Virus record (IMG/VR): IMGVR_UViG_3300035208_001807
Coordinates: 85,408 to 149,407 of that record
Reading direction: 5' to 3' (one strand)
DNA from: a virus
Lineage: Duplodnaviria > Caudoviricetes
Length of the DNA: 64,000 bases
Both the position numbers and the translations under genes were made by a program. Shown in pieces: positions 17,667 to 26,819 of the stretch. Numbering within the stretch: position 1 is the stretch's first letter; each line of letters begins with the position of its first letter. A model generated the notes under the pieces. The model was not told the DNA's origin. It made no database searches and saw only the letters and a list, made by a program, of their open reading frames with translations.

Positions 17667-20315
17667 ATGTCAGACAATATAGCTGTCTCCCAAGATAAGA
17701 AAGAAGTATTCGGTCAGTACCTGCATTCCAACCTCGATACCATCAATGCAAAGGTTCACGAGCTTACTCCTGATCAGTACCAACCAGTTCACGCCATTAT
17801 CACTGCAGCAGATGGTAAGACTATCTTCGAGAAGCCAGGAGTCATTGCTCCTAAGTCTTGGAGTTCGCTAGCTGTTACTGTAGCTGCAGACAAGTACTTC
17901 ATTAAGAAGGGCGAGAAGGCTGAATCTAGTGTACTAGATATGTGCACGAGGGTTGCTAACGTTATCTCCGTAGATGGGCTACAGTATGGGTACTTCGCGG
18001 ATGTAGATGAAGCCACAGACTTTGCTATTACACTTACCAACCTACTAGTTCAGCAGTACTTCAGCTTCAACTCTCCTGTCTGGTTTAACGTGGGTGTTAA
18101 GACTAACCCACAGATCAGTGCATGCTTTATTAACTCTATCGAAGACTCCATGGAATCTATCCTGGAGCTATGTAAAACAGAAGGGATGATCTACAAACAT
18201 GGGTCTGGTTCGGGCTGTAATTACTCTCCTCTGCGTGGTGCTAGAGAATCTCTTTCTCATGGTGGGAGCAGCAGTGGTGTTCTCAGTTTTATGCTTGTTC
18301 ACGATGCTGTTGCTGGTAGTATTAAGTCTGGTGGGACTACTAGACGTGCCGCGAAGATGGCTATACTCAATGTTGACCACCCTGACATCGAGGACTTTGT
18401 TGCTTGTAAGCAAAAGGAAGAACTCAAAGCCACTGCCTTAATCAAGGCTGGCTATAGCGATGACTTCAGAGACCCTAATGGAGCCTATGCTTCAATAGGT
18501 TTCCAGAATGCCAACAACTCTGTTCGTGTTACGGACGAGTTCATGCGTGCTACAGCAACCGATAAGGACGAAGAGAACTGGGCTTTGATAGGTAGGGTTG
18601 AAGGTACTCCTGTAAAGCTTATCAATGCTCGCAAGCTGATAGACAAAATAGCCCAAGCAGCATGGGCCTCTGGGGACCCTGGTCTCCAGTTTGATAATGC
18701 AGCTAACATGTGGAATACTCTAGCCGAGGATGGTCGTATTAACGGCTCTAATCCCTGCTCAGAGTACATGTCTCTAGACAATACCTCCTGCAATCTAGCC
18801 TCACTTAACCTGCTTAAGTTCTATACCGATGGCCAGTTTGATTCCAAGCTGTTTGCATCTACCTGTGCTATCATTTCAATTGCTCTAGACATTCTTATCT
18901 GTGGAGCTTCCTATCCTACAGAGAAGATTGGTAACAACGTACGTCGCTATAGGCAGATAGGACTTGGGTTTGCAAACCTGGGCGCCCTCCTGATGGCAAT
19001 GGGTCTTCCATATGACTCTAAAGCAGGTAGGGATACCGCTTCAGCTGTCAGCAACTCAATGACCTTGAATGCCTACAAGGCTTCAGCGCACATGGCTTCA
19101 AGACTCACTCCCTTCGAAGCCTTCCATAAGAATAAGAAGCACGTCCTGCGTGTTCTCAACCAACATAAGGGTGCAGCTGGTGCTCGCATCAGCAGCTTTG
19201 CTTCTAACCAATGGGCTCAGTTGCTTGATCTAGTTGAGCAATACGGTCTTCGTAACTCGTACGTAACTAACATTGCTCCGACGGGTACCATTGGTCTTCA
19301 AATGGATTGTTCCACTACTGGCATTGAGCCCGAGCTAGCTCTAGTTAAGACTAAGAAGCTAGTAGGCGGTGGCACACTAAGTATGGTTAATGGGACTACT
19401 AAGCAGGCCTTAGAGACCCTTGGTTTCAATGGTCCTGCAGTTGAGAGTGCACTAGCCTATATCTTAGATCATGGAACTATTGCTGGCTGGGGAGAAGAGT
19501 TCAAGGACCGCGGCGACTTTACTAAGGTCTTCGCAGCCTCATTAGATTCTAAGAACCCGATTCGATGGGAAGCTCACATCGAGATGATGGCAGCAGTTCA
19601 AGACTTCATCTCTGGAAGTATTTCCAAGACAGTTAATATGCCTCATGAAGCTACTATCGACGATGTTAAGAAGGCTTTCGAGATGGCTTGGAAGTCTGGC
19701 TTGAAGTGCGTAGCCATTTATAGAGATGGCTGTAAAGGTTCACAGCCGCTAGTGTCCAGCGTGTCTAAGGTTGATAAGGAGCCAGAAGCAATGGTGAATT
19801 CGCCGGCAGTACGTCCTGAGAGAGTCCGTCTCCCTATGGATCGGCAGTCTATCACCCACAAGTTCTCTATTGGAGGGCATGAGGGCTACCTTATCATAGG
19901 CCTCTATGATGATGGTAAGCCGGGTGAAGTATTCGTTGTTATCTCTAAGGAAGGTTCCTTCGTTTCTGGACTAGTTAACGCAGTAGCTACAATGATTTCT
20001 ATTGCTCTGCAGTATGGGGCGCCACTAGATACCATTGTTAACAAGCTCAAAGGTCATGCCTATGAGCCTCAGGGTCTCACGACTAACGCAGAGATCCGAT
20101 TTGCTAAGTCATTAACGGATTATATGGCTAGATTCCTAGAGATTAAGTTCTTGAAATCTAGCCCGCAATCTAGTAGTATAGATACTAGCACTGGTACCAC
20201 AGCGCTAAGAGCGGCGATGGATGCCCCTCCCTGTCCTGAGTGTGGATCGATGATGGTCAGCTCAGGTACTTGCTATAGGTGCCAGAACTGTGGAGCAACG
20301 ACAGGTTGTAGTTAA
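17667..20315 (+). CDS. nrdJ: Class II (B12-dependent) ribonucleotide reductase with C-terminal TSCPD/zinc ribbon
   Basis: FNSPVWFN, QISACFI, GGTTRRAAKM, NPCSE, IAPTGTI, SISKTVN, YRDGCK and terminal CPECG..CQNCG..GCS. Confidence 0.96.
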   Translation: MSDNIAVSQDKKEVFGQYLHSNLDTINAKVHELTPDQYQPVHAIITAADGKTIFEKPGVIAPKSWSSLAVTVAADKYFIKKGEKAESSVLDMCTRVANVISVDGLQYGYFADVDEATDFAITLTNLLVQQYFSFNSPVWFNVGVKTNPQISACFINSIEDSMESILELCKTEGMIYKHGSGSGCNYSPLRGARESLSHGGSSSGVLSFMLVHDAVAGSIKSGGTTRRAAKMAILNVDHPDIEDFVACKQKEELKATALIKAGYSDDFRDPNGAYASIGFQNANNSVRVTDEFMRATATDKDEENWALIGRVEGTPVKLINARKLIDKIAQAAWASGDPGLQFDNAANMWNTLAEDGRINGSNPCSEYMSLDNTSCNLASLNLLKFYTDGQFDSKLFASTCAIISIALDILICGASYPTEKIGNNVRRYRQIGLGFANLGALLMAMGLPYDSKAGRDTASAVSNSMTLNAYKASAHMASRLTPFEAFHKNKKHVLRVLNQHKGAAGARISSFASNQWAQLLDLVEQYGLRNSYVTNIAPTGTIGLQMDCSTTGIEPELALVKTKKLVGGGTLSMVNGTTKQALETLGFNGPAVESALAYILDHGTIAGWGEEFKDRGDFTKVFAASLDSKNPIRWEAHIEMMAAVQDFISGSISKTVNMPHEATIDDVKKAFEMAWKSGLKCVAIYRDGCKGSQPLVSSVSKVDKEPEAMVNSPAVRPERVRLPMDRQSITHKFSIGGHEGYLIIGLYDDGKPGEVFVVISKEGSFVSGLVNAVATMISIALQYGAPLDTIVNKLKGHAYEPQGLTTNAEIRFAKSLTDYMARFLEIKFLKSSPQSSSIDTSTGTTALRAAMDAPPCPECGSMMVSSGTCYRCQNCGATTGCS

Positions 20316-20349
20316 CCTGCGCTTAGTTGTTCCTAACTAGGAGTTTTAG

Positions 20350-21213
20350 ATGAGCAAAGCAAGACCCAGAACTACCCCTCGGCCGAAACACGACTGGGAG
20401 ACTACAGTAATCTTTCCGGATACACATATCCAGAAGAGGGGCAAGGACCGCCACGATCCAATAGCCATCTCGGTAGCACTACAGATTACTAAAGACTTGA
20501 ATGGTGGCAGAGGACCCGATCGCTGGATTCAACTCGGGGACTTTATGAACTTAGAGAGTGTCTCTCCTCATAATAAGGACCTTAAGAGGGGTGCCATTGT
20601 AGATGCCAAGGGTAATCTACTTGATGGTCGCTTGGAAGAAGACTATCAGGTAGCCGACACATTCCTTGAGGGAGTTATGGATGCTACTCCCAATGCTAAG
20701 GAACGTATCATCCTAGAAGGAAACCATGACTACTGGTTATGGTGGTATCGCAACTTCCAGATACCTGGTCCACTACGCGGCTCACCATGGCTACAGATTC
20801 CCAAGGCCTTGAACTTCAAAGAGAGGAACATCCGCTGGATCCCTTATGGATCACAGAGTTCCTACTATCGGCTAGGGAAGCTGGACATCATTCATGGTGA
20901 CTACATTAACCCCTACCACGCAGCAAAGACGATTTCTGCTAGAGGTAGGAATGTTATCTATGGTCATTGCCATGAGGTCCAAGTCCATTCGATTACTAAT
21001 ATGAATGGTATCTGTAGGGCCTGGGCCATAGGATGTCTCAGAACATTAGAGGCGCCGTTCATGAGGGGCCGTGCCAATAGCTGGTCCCATGCGATTGCAA
21101 TTGTCTTCACTAGGCCTAATGGTAACTTCAACGTATTCATCGTTGATATTATCAATGGCCAGGCGACATGGGAAGGTAAGACATACACCGGGAAACATAT
21201 TCCCGGACTTTAA
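20350..21213 (+). CDS. Calcineurin-like metallophosphoesterase
   Basis: DTH, GD, GNHD, HGD and GHCH motifs. Confidence 0.9.
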   Translation: MSKARPRTTPRPKHDWETTVIFPDTHIQKRGKDRHDPIAISVALQITKDLNGGRGPDRWIQLGDFMNLESVSPHNKDLKRGAIVDAKGNLLDGRLEEDYQVADTFLEGVMDATPNAKERIILEGNHDYWLWWYRNFQIPGPLRGSPWLQIPKALNFKERNIRWIPYGSQSSYYRLGKLDIIHGDYINPYHAAKTISARGRNVIYGHCHEVQVHSITNMNGICRAWAIGCLRTLEAPFMRGRANSWSHAIAIVFTRPNGNFNVFIVDIINGQATWEGKTYTGKHIPGL

Positions 21214-21853
21214 TCCTCAATCGATTCGGTTGAAGCGAAGCAGCTAGCCTTCCTCATAAACAATGAACTACTGAGGAAGGCTTTGTTGTTTGGAAGCCAA
21301 GTGGTGTTCCAAACAAGATCAACTGGTTCAGTTGAATTCTAGAAGTTCTCCTTCCATTGCTAGGTATAGCACTGGAAGGGCTACGTACAGTTGTCTGCAA
21401 GTGCAGGTAACTGTCGGTAGTTAGTAACTGCCACTTGTTTCAAGTGGGTCAGTGTAGTATCACAGACCATTCGTCACCGCTTCCGTTACGCTCCATCATA
21501 AAATGATGTCGCTACACTACAGCGTGACTGCTGGTCTGTGTACATGCAGCCGGCGAGAAGATCTGAAGCGCTAGCCGCGGAGACCAAGCACTGGATCCGT
21601 CGAAGAGCTCTACGATCGCGTCTCGCGACTGCAGTCATCTCCAGTTATATAACATATAACGAGGGGATGAAACGGTCGAGTGTTGAGCTTAGGGTACTAG
21701 GACTAACTGAAACCTATTTGATAACTCACTCGTAAAGTCTGGAGTCCCTCCAGTATGAGTTATAGGGTATGTGGCTAGTTATGTCTACGAACTTCTGAAG
21801 CACTCGGGAATGCTGGGAACAGCACTGCCGAGTACTTCAGTAGCAATTGAGGT
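21214..21853 (+). ncRNA. RT-associated large structured ncRNA candidate (retron/DRT-like)
   Basis: At least 10 hairpins, a predicted pseudoknot and long-range pairings fill the interval between the phosphoesterase stop and the RT start. Confidence 0.75.
21539..21653. other. Dense cluster of restriction-site sequences (natural polylinker) inside the RT-associated ncRNA
   Basis: 11 distinct 6-bp palindromes, plus BsaI, BsmBI, SapI/EarI, Eco57I, BpmI, PflMI and PshAI sites, in ~105 bp. Confidence 0.9.
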
Positions 21854-21859
21854 TCTACA

Positions 21860-22801
21860 TTGGGTTATCATACCTATCACATTCCTAAGTCGCATGGTGG
21901 CTTCCGCACTATCCATGCTCCCGATGAAGAGACAATGAAGAGAAGCAAAGAGCTTCTAGATGTTGTCAACAAGGAGCTTGGCAGGATCCATTGGTGGCCT
22001 GCCTGTGGTTCTCTCATCTACTCGTATGCACCTGGTAAGTCTTGTGAGCAAGTAGCTCATGAGATCACAAACTTTGTTCATGAGTTCGGTGCCTATACTT
22101 TGATCTCTCTGGATATCAAAGACTACTTCGGCTCAATCACCAAGGATCATTTCCTTAGGGCTGTTACAAAGCTTGGAGAACTAGGCTCTCACTTATCTCC
22201 TGATATTTGGGAAGCCGTGTGGGCAGAGGCCTATGTGGGCAAGGACAATAGAGGTATTGCTCAGGGCAATCCCCTCAGTCCCCTCATCTCTAATCTAGTA
22301 GGCTGGGCCTGCATTGATGTCTACTTCACTAATGTTCTCTTTCAAGAGACTGAAGCCACTTGTAGATACTGGCGCTTCTCAGATAACATATATATTGTAG
22401 TAAAGTCTGACGACTCCTTTCGTATGGAGAACCTACTCCATAGCTTGAATATGACTCTTAATCTCTGGGTTGCTCAGGGCTTTGAGTTCAAGACTCAGGT
22501 CACATCCAGTAAAGATTATAGCAAACGTGTTGTACTAGGTATCCGTTTAGGGCTTACGAAGCCTCAGATTAACAACCGTAACTGGATCCGGTCGGTTGTC
22601 TATAGGTATTCAACCCGGAAGGAACAGATGCCTACTGATAGGGACATACGTGAGAAATATGGAACCCTGGATCTAGCAAGACTTGAACAAACAGTAAGAG
22701 GTCTGGTAAACTATGCAGTGTCAGTGGACCCCAAATTCGCAGGCTATGTAACAGATAGGGGTCTAAAGGAACTGCTCCCAGAGAGGATGCGACATGCTTA
22801 A
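21860..22801 (+). CDS. Reverse transcriptase, retron/UG-like, with non-canonical FSDN motif
   Basis: IPKSHGGFRTIHAP, YSYAPGKS, LDIKDYFGSI, QGNPLSPLISN, YWRFSDNI and VVLGI (VTG-like) motifs. TTG start after SD GAGG. Confidence 0.9.
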   Translation: MGYHTYHIPKSHGGFRTIHAPDEETMKRSKELLDVVNKELGRIHWWPACGSLIYSYAPGKSCEQVAHEITNFVHEFGAYTLISLDIKDYFGSITKDHFLRAVTKLGELGSHLSPDIWEAVWAEAYVGKDNRGIAQGNPLSPLISNLVGWACIDVYFTNVLFQETEATCRYWRFSDNIYIVVKSDDSFRMENLLHSLNMTLNLWVAQGFEFKTQVTSSKDYSKRVVLGIRLGLTKPQINNRNWIRSVVYRYSTRKEQMPTDRDIREKYGTLDLARLEQTVRGLVNYAVSVDPKFAGYVTDRGLKELLPERMRHA

Positions 22802-23540
22802 CGATGTAGAGTTGTTTGATGTGAATAACAAGCTCAAGATATCTTTAGACTTCTTGAGAGATGCAGTAGTTTTGTCAGGTAAATTAGAGTCCCATAAAGA
22901 TGGGATCTATAAGATCCGCCTGGGCCGTAATGTTGTGACCCTTGTCGATGCTGACATCGAACAAGTAGACCCTCTTGAGATTGAAGGGGAGTATAAATTC
23001 ACCCTGATGGTGGATTCCAAGAAAGGTTTTGCCCACTGGATGTCAGTATTAAGTGAGCAAAACCCTACGAAGAAAGACCTAGCTAAGTACCTCAACGAAG
23101 AGAAAAGACGTTATGATATACAGGGGTTGTCTTCTGACATCTTTGACTATGTTAGGTCTAGTCTAGAAGACTTCGCCAAGAATTCTAAGGGCTGTAAGCC
23201 CTATGTTCCGATGTCATTTGTAATGTCAGTTGAGGTTCTCTCCAAAGTCTTCGGCAAGAAGCTCACAGCTCTTATGAACTCCTCGCCTGTAATCCAGGTC
23301 TTCATTCTTACTTGGCTTCACGGCTACCTGATGTCTTCCTCAGTCAGAAAGCAAGGAGTCAAACTCCAGACAAGGTTTGAAGAGGCTTCAGAGGAAGAGT
23401 TAAAGCGGAAGGAAACTAACGCTAAAGAAATGATGGCTAAGTTCTCTGATGAGTTGAAGAACATGGGAGATGATAGCCCATTCCCCAAGATGAACCCGGA
23501 GGAAGATGATGACGATGACAAACCCGCCCAGCAAGCCTAA
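22794..23540 (+). CDS. Hypothetical protein overlapping the RT stop (possible partner)
   Basis: 8-nt overlap with the RT; acidic C-terminus. Confidence 0.7.
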   Translation: MLNDVELFDVNNKLKISLDFLRDAVVLSGKLESHKDGIYKIRLGRNVVTLVDADIEQVDPLEIEGEYKFTLMVDSKKGFAHWMSVLSEQNPTKKDLAKYLNEEKRRYDIQGLSSDIFDYVRSSLEDFAKNSKGCKPYVPMSFVMSVEVLSKVFGKKLTALMNSSPVIQVFILTWLHGYLMSSSVRKQGVKLQTRFEEASEEELKRKETNAKEMMAKFSDELKNMGDDSPFPKMNPEEDDDDDKPAQQA

Positions 23541-23994
23541 CCCCAATCAGCGTATCGAGGGTATTGTTACTCCGGAGGCCGTTGAGAAGTATAAGGATCT
23601 CTTTGTACCCGAGAAGGTGGAGCAGCTTTATTATCTTCTAAAGGCTGTAGAGCCTGGTTTTAATACCGAGGTTGTTCGTGCAGTGGCCGACGCCAAGCAG
23701 ATCTTCAGGAAGCGTGGCCTGTCGGGCCAGCAGCTTGATGAAGTTGGCGATGCTCTTGCTACCTTCATGAACCGTGGTTTCTTTTTGCATAGGACAGCTG
23801 TTAGTTTGCATGATGTTAAGAAGCTTAATGAGCTTTATAATGCAGACTATGAAGCCTATGAGAGTGAAGTAATTGACGCGGCTCTCAAGGCCCGTAAGGC
23901 CAAGAAGATTACTGCTTCCAAGGTAGAGTCTATTGAGCCTAAGGCGGCTCCCCGAGATGCTGGTAAGCTGTTCGATGATGGTGACCTAGCTTAA
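23506..23994 (+). CDS. Hypothetical protein
   Basis: 162 aa ORF in the operon. Confidence 0.65.
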   Translation: MMTMTNPPSKPNPNQRIEGIVTPEAVEKYKDLFVPEKVEQLYYLLKAVEPGFNTEVVRAVADAKQIFRKRGLSGQQLDEVGDALATFMNRGFFLHRTAVSLHDVKKLNELYNADYEAYESEVIDAALKARKAKKITASKVESIEPKAAPRDAGKLFDDGDLA

Positions 23995-24008
23995 GAACTG
24001 GACTAGTA

Positions 24009-24626
24009 ATGGCCCGCAATAAAAACTCTGCCATATCTGACCTTGTCTCTGAACTAGCCCACGATGCACTAGAGAGTTCAGACTTTCAGTATCCTATCAT
24101 GGGCGATCCTCTTGATGGTATAACCGCCTCAGATACCAAGACCCGAATCATTTTCTTATTTGATGCTACTAACTCAAGTGCCATGCAGGGCATGGTCTAT
24201 GAGCTTGTTACTTTACCTAAGGGAAAGTCTGCTTCTATTCTTAACCACAAGGATGAAGAGGGCAAGTTTAACCTAGTGACTACCGTAGTCCCAGACATGT
24301 TCTCGGAGCCTACTGGACTGTGGTTCTGGACGCCTATACGCCTTATGAAAGAGGCGAGGTATACCAACATGCTTGACATTACTCGTGGTCCAGAATCGAT
24401 AGTAGTTATGATGTCTCCTCAGTGTAGCTGTGTCTGGGCTGGTCCCGCTAGTGGAGCACTACCAGCATTCATAAAGAACATATTGGAGCCGATGCTCCCA
24501 TTGGATATAGTTCTTAAGCGTTGTACTTCCGCTGGATCGATGTTCGGAGACAGGATCATCCAAGAGACCATCGAGAAGAGCGCTAAGTTTACTAAGTTCA
24601 AGGCGGTCTTCAGTGGCAAGTTCTAA
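24009..24626 (+). CDS. Hypothetical protein
   Basis: 205 aa ORF. Confidence 0.65.
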   Translation: MARNKNSAISDLVSELAHDALESSDFQYPIMGDPLDGITASDTKTRIIFLFDATNSSAMQGMVYELVTLPKGKSASILNHKDEEGKFNLVTTVVPDMFSEPTGLWFWTPIRLMKEARYTNMLDITRGPESIVVMMSPQCSCVWAGPASGALPAFIKNILEPMLPLDIVLKRCTSAGSMFGDRIIQETIEKSAKFTKFKAVFSGKF

Positions 24627-24891
24627 ACAGGGGTTGCAGTTACAAGACTACGAGGAGTCGCTAACGGCTCAGGTAGGCTATCTGTCTTTGCTCTATGCAA
24701 AGAATGGGGGCCAAGAGACAGAACGAGTAGTAGTAACGTTATTGAAGAACATACATAGGCTGACGCCGTATCTTGAAGATGTGCTGAAAGAAGTCAAGGA
24801 TTTGATTGCGTCATTACCTGCCGAGAAGCAGGTGAGGTTGAGAAAGCTGCTGGAACCGATAGAAGAAGCCGTTTCAAGTAGAGAGAAGTAA
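24613..24891 (+). CDS. Hypothetical helical protein
   Basis: 92 aa ORF. Confidence 0.5.
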   Translation: MASSKQGLQLQDYEESLTAQVGYLSLLYAKNGGQETERVVVTLLKNIHRLTPYLEDVLKEVKDLIASLPAEKQVRLRKLLEPIEEAVSSREK

Positions 24892-24914
24892 TACCAAGAA
24901 ATGGAGATTAGCAA

Positions 24915-26756
24915 ATGTCAGCGAAGAAAGAAGCAGTGAAGGACGCCAAGGTGTCTTTGAAGCCGGAACGGGCCAATATCTCATCACCCATTGTCGAGGC
25001 AGTGTTCGACAGCATCCGTTGCCGCTCACGTATTCTCTACGTGGTGACACAGGAAGAAGAACGCTTCCTCAAGGAGATGCACACCGTTCTGTTCGATACG
25101 GCCCACCGTTTTAACCGCGACGCGGTGAACGAAATGTGGCTGTGGACGGCTGGCAATGGCCTCCGTGAGGTCACGCACCACTATGCCTTCATGCCGTACC
25201 GGGTAGACATCGATGCTGAGATGCTTCGCTTCCCTAGGTACAGCCAGAAGGAACAGGAAACCATGCAGAATACTGTCATGGCGTCTCCGGCTATGGACCA
25301 CATTGCCAAGACTTTGTGTGTTCCGCCTCGCCCCACGACTACAGATGGCTATCCCCCTATCGTCAACAGGATCATTATCCTGGCAGACTATAATAGGATC
25401 GCCCAGCATGACCTGACTTCCGTACGGAAGATCAAGGATCTCATCGAGGATCCGGTTGTAAGCGAAAGCATCAACCTAACCTTCATTATCCTGGCTTCGC
25501 AGCTGGAGATTCCGGCAGAGATCAAGCCGTTTGTTGAAGTTATTGACTACCACCTTCCCGATCGCAAGACGATTCACAATATCGTTCGCGAGCAGGTTGA
25601 TCAGTTCCATCAGGATCGGATCGAGCAGGAGAAGGCTGGTGTCAAGCTTGACATCAAGACGGAATATACCGACGAAGAGACCAAGGCAATCACAGATTCG
25701 CTCTTGGGTCTGACTCATTATGAGATCTCGGTACAGATCCCGAAGTCGATTAGGAAGTGCCGCCAGTTAGACCCGGCGTTCCTGATCGAAGCCAAGGAGC
25801 AGATTGTCCGTAAGTCGGACATCATCAACTACATGCATCCTACAACGGGCATGAAGTCGATCGGTGGTATGGAAAACTTCAAGGCCTGGTGCGTAGATAG
25901 GAAGAACAGCTTTGGCGATGATGCCAAGGCGTTCGGCCTAGAGCCCCCGAAGGGTGTGCTACTCCTGGGTATTCCTGGAACAGGTAAGTCACTAGCAGCT
26001 AAGTCGCTAGGTAATGACTGGCGAGTTCCTCTGCTTCACCTGGACGTAGGCAAGATCATGTCCGGTATTGTCGGTAGCTCTGAAGCGCGCATGCGCCAGG
26101 CTCTACAGACGGCCGAGTCGGTTGCGCCTTGCATCCTCTGGGTGGATGAGATCGAGAAGGGCCTATCGGGTACTGGTAGCTCGAACTTCTCGGACGGTGG
26201 TACCATGGCTCGTGTGTTCGGTACCTTCCTGACCTGGATGCAGGAGAAGACGGCAGACGTGTTCGTTATCGCTACTGCGAATAACATCAGTCAGCTGCCT
26301 CCCGAGTTGCTCCGTAAGGGCCGCTTCGATGAGATCTTCTTCATCGACCTGCCGGGTGACGATGAGCGCAAGGAAATCTATACGATTCACTTGACGCGTC
26401 GTCGTGGAGACCCCAAGAACTTCGACTTGGATCTGTTGTCCAAGGAGAGCAAAGGGTTCTCGGGCGCCGAGATCGAGCATACTGTCAAGGATGCCATGTA
26501 TGCGGCCTTCAACACGCCGGAAAAGAAGCTGACAACTAACCTGGTTCTGAGGGAGATTAAGAAGACTATTCCTCTTTCTGAATCAATGAAAGATGAGATC
26601 GCTCACGTGAAGACGATCGCTTCGAGGATGAGGTTTGCCTCGGACAAGTCGCTCAACGCTGATCTCAACCCTAGGACCGAGATGCATGCTGCGCCGCGGA
26701 CTAGGTCAGACATAGCGCAGTTAGTGGATGAAGAGGAGCCCAAGACCCTTGAATAA
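24915..26756 (+). CDS. AAA+ ATPase (Ycf46-like)
   Basis: Walker A GIPGTGKS, Walker B LWVDEIEKG, SRH TANN..LPPELLRKGRFDE. Confidence 0.92.
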   Translation: MSAKKEAVKDAKVSLKPERANISSPIVEAVFDSIRCRSRILYVVTQEEERFLKEMHTVLFDTAHRFNRDAVNEMWLWTAGNGLREVTHHYAFMPYRVDIDAEMLRFPRYSQKEQETMQNTVMASPAMDHIAKTLCVPPRPTTTDGYPPIVNRIIILADYNRIAQHDLTSVRKIKDLIEDPVVSESINLTFIILASQLEIPAEIKPFVEVIDYHLPDRKTIHNIVREQVDQFHQDRIEQEKAGVKLDIKTEYTDEETKAITDSLLGLTHYEISVQIPKSIRKCRQLDPAFLIEAKEQIVRKSDIINYMHPTTGMKSIGGMENFKAWCVDRKNSFGDDAKAFGLEPPKGVLLLGIPGTGKSLAAKSLGNDWRVPLLHLDVGKIMSGIVGSSEARMRQALQTAESVAPCILWVDEIEKGLSGTGSSNFSDGGTMARVFGTFLTWMQEKTADVFVIATANNISQLPPELLRKGRFDEIFFIDLPGDDERKEIYTIHLTRRRGDPKNFDLDLLSKESKGFSGAEIEHTVKDAMYAAFNTPEKKLTTNLVLREIKKTIPLSESMKDEIAHVKTIASRMRFASDKSLNADLNPRTEMHAAPRTRSDIAQLVDEEEPKTLE

Positions 26757-26819
26757 AAGAGGGTCTTGGAGTACTCTGGTTTGACTAATAGGTAGTGAAA
26801 TAGAAAAGGAGATTTGCAA

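Noticed and set aside
21539-21653. Synthetic vector MCS contamination
   Set aside because: Sites overlap in an order I do not recognise from vectors, common MCS sites (EcoRI, HindIII, XhoI, NotI) are absent from the cluster, it is integrated into RNA stems, and no vector backbone is nearby. A UniVec check is still advised.
21538-21735. 65 aa ORF spanning the polylinker
   Set aside because: No SD and it lies inside the structured RNA; likely incidental. A DRT2-style ORF arising in concatemeric cDNA cannot be fully excluded.
21860-22801. RT as a DGR or group II intron RT
   Set aside because: No TR/VR repeat pair or Avd gene seen and no DGR-type SQ motif (QGNPLSP instead). Too short for a maturase/endonuclease, and no interrupted host gene.
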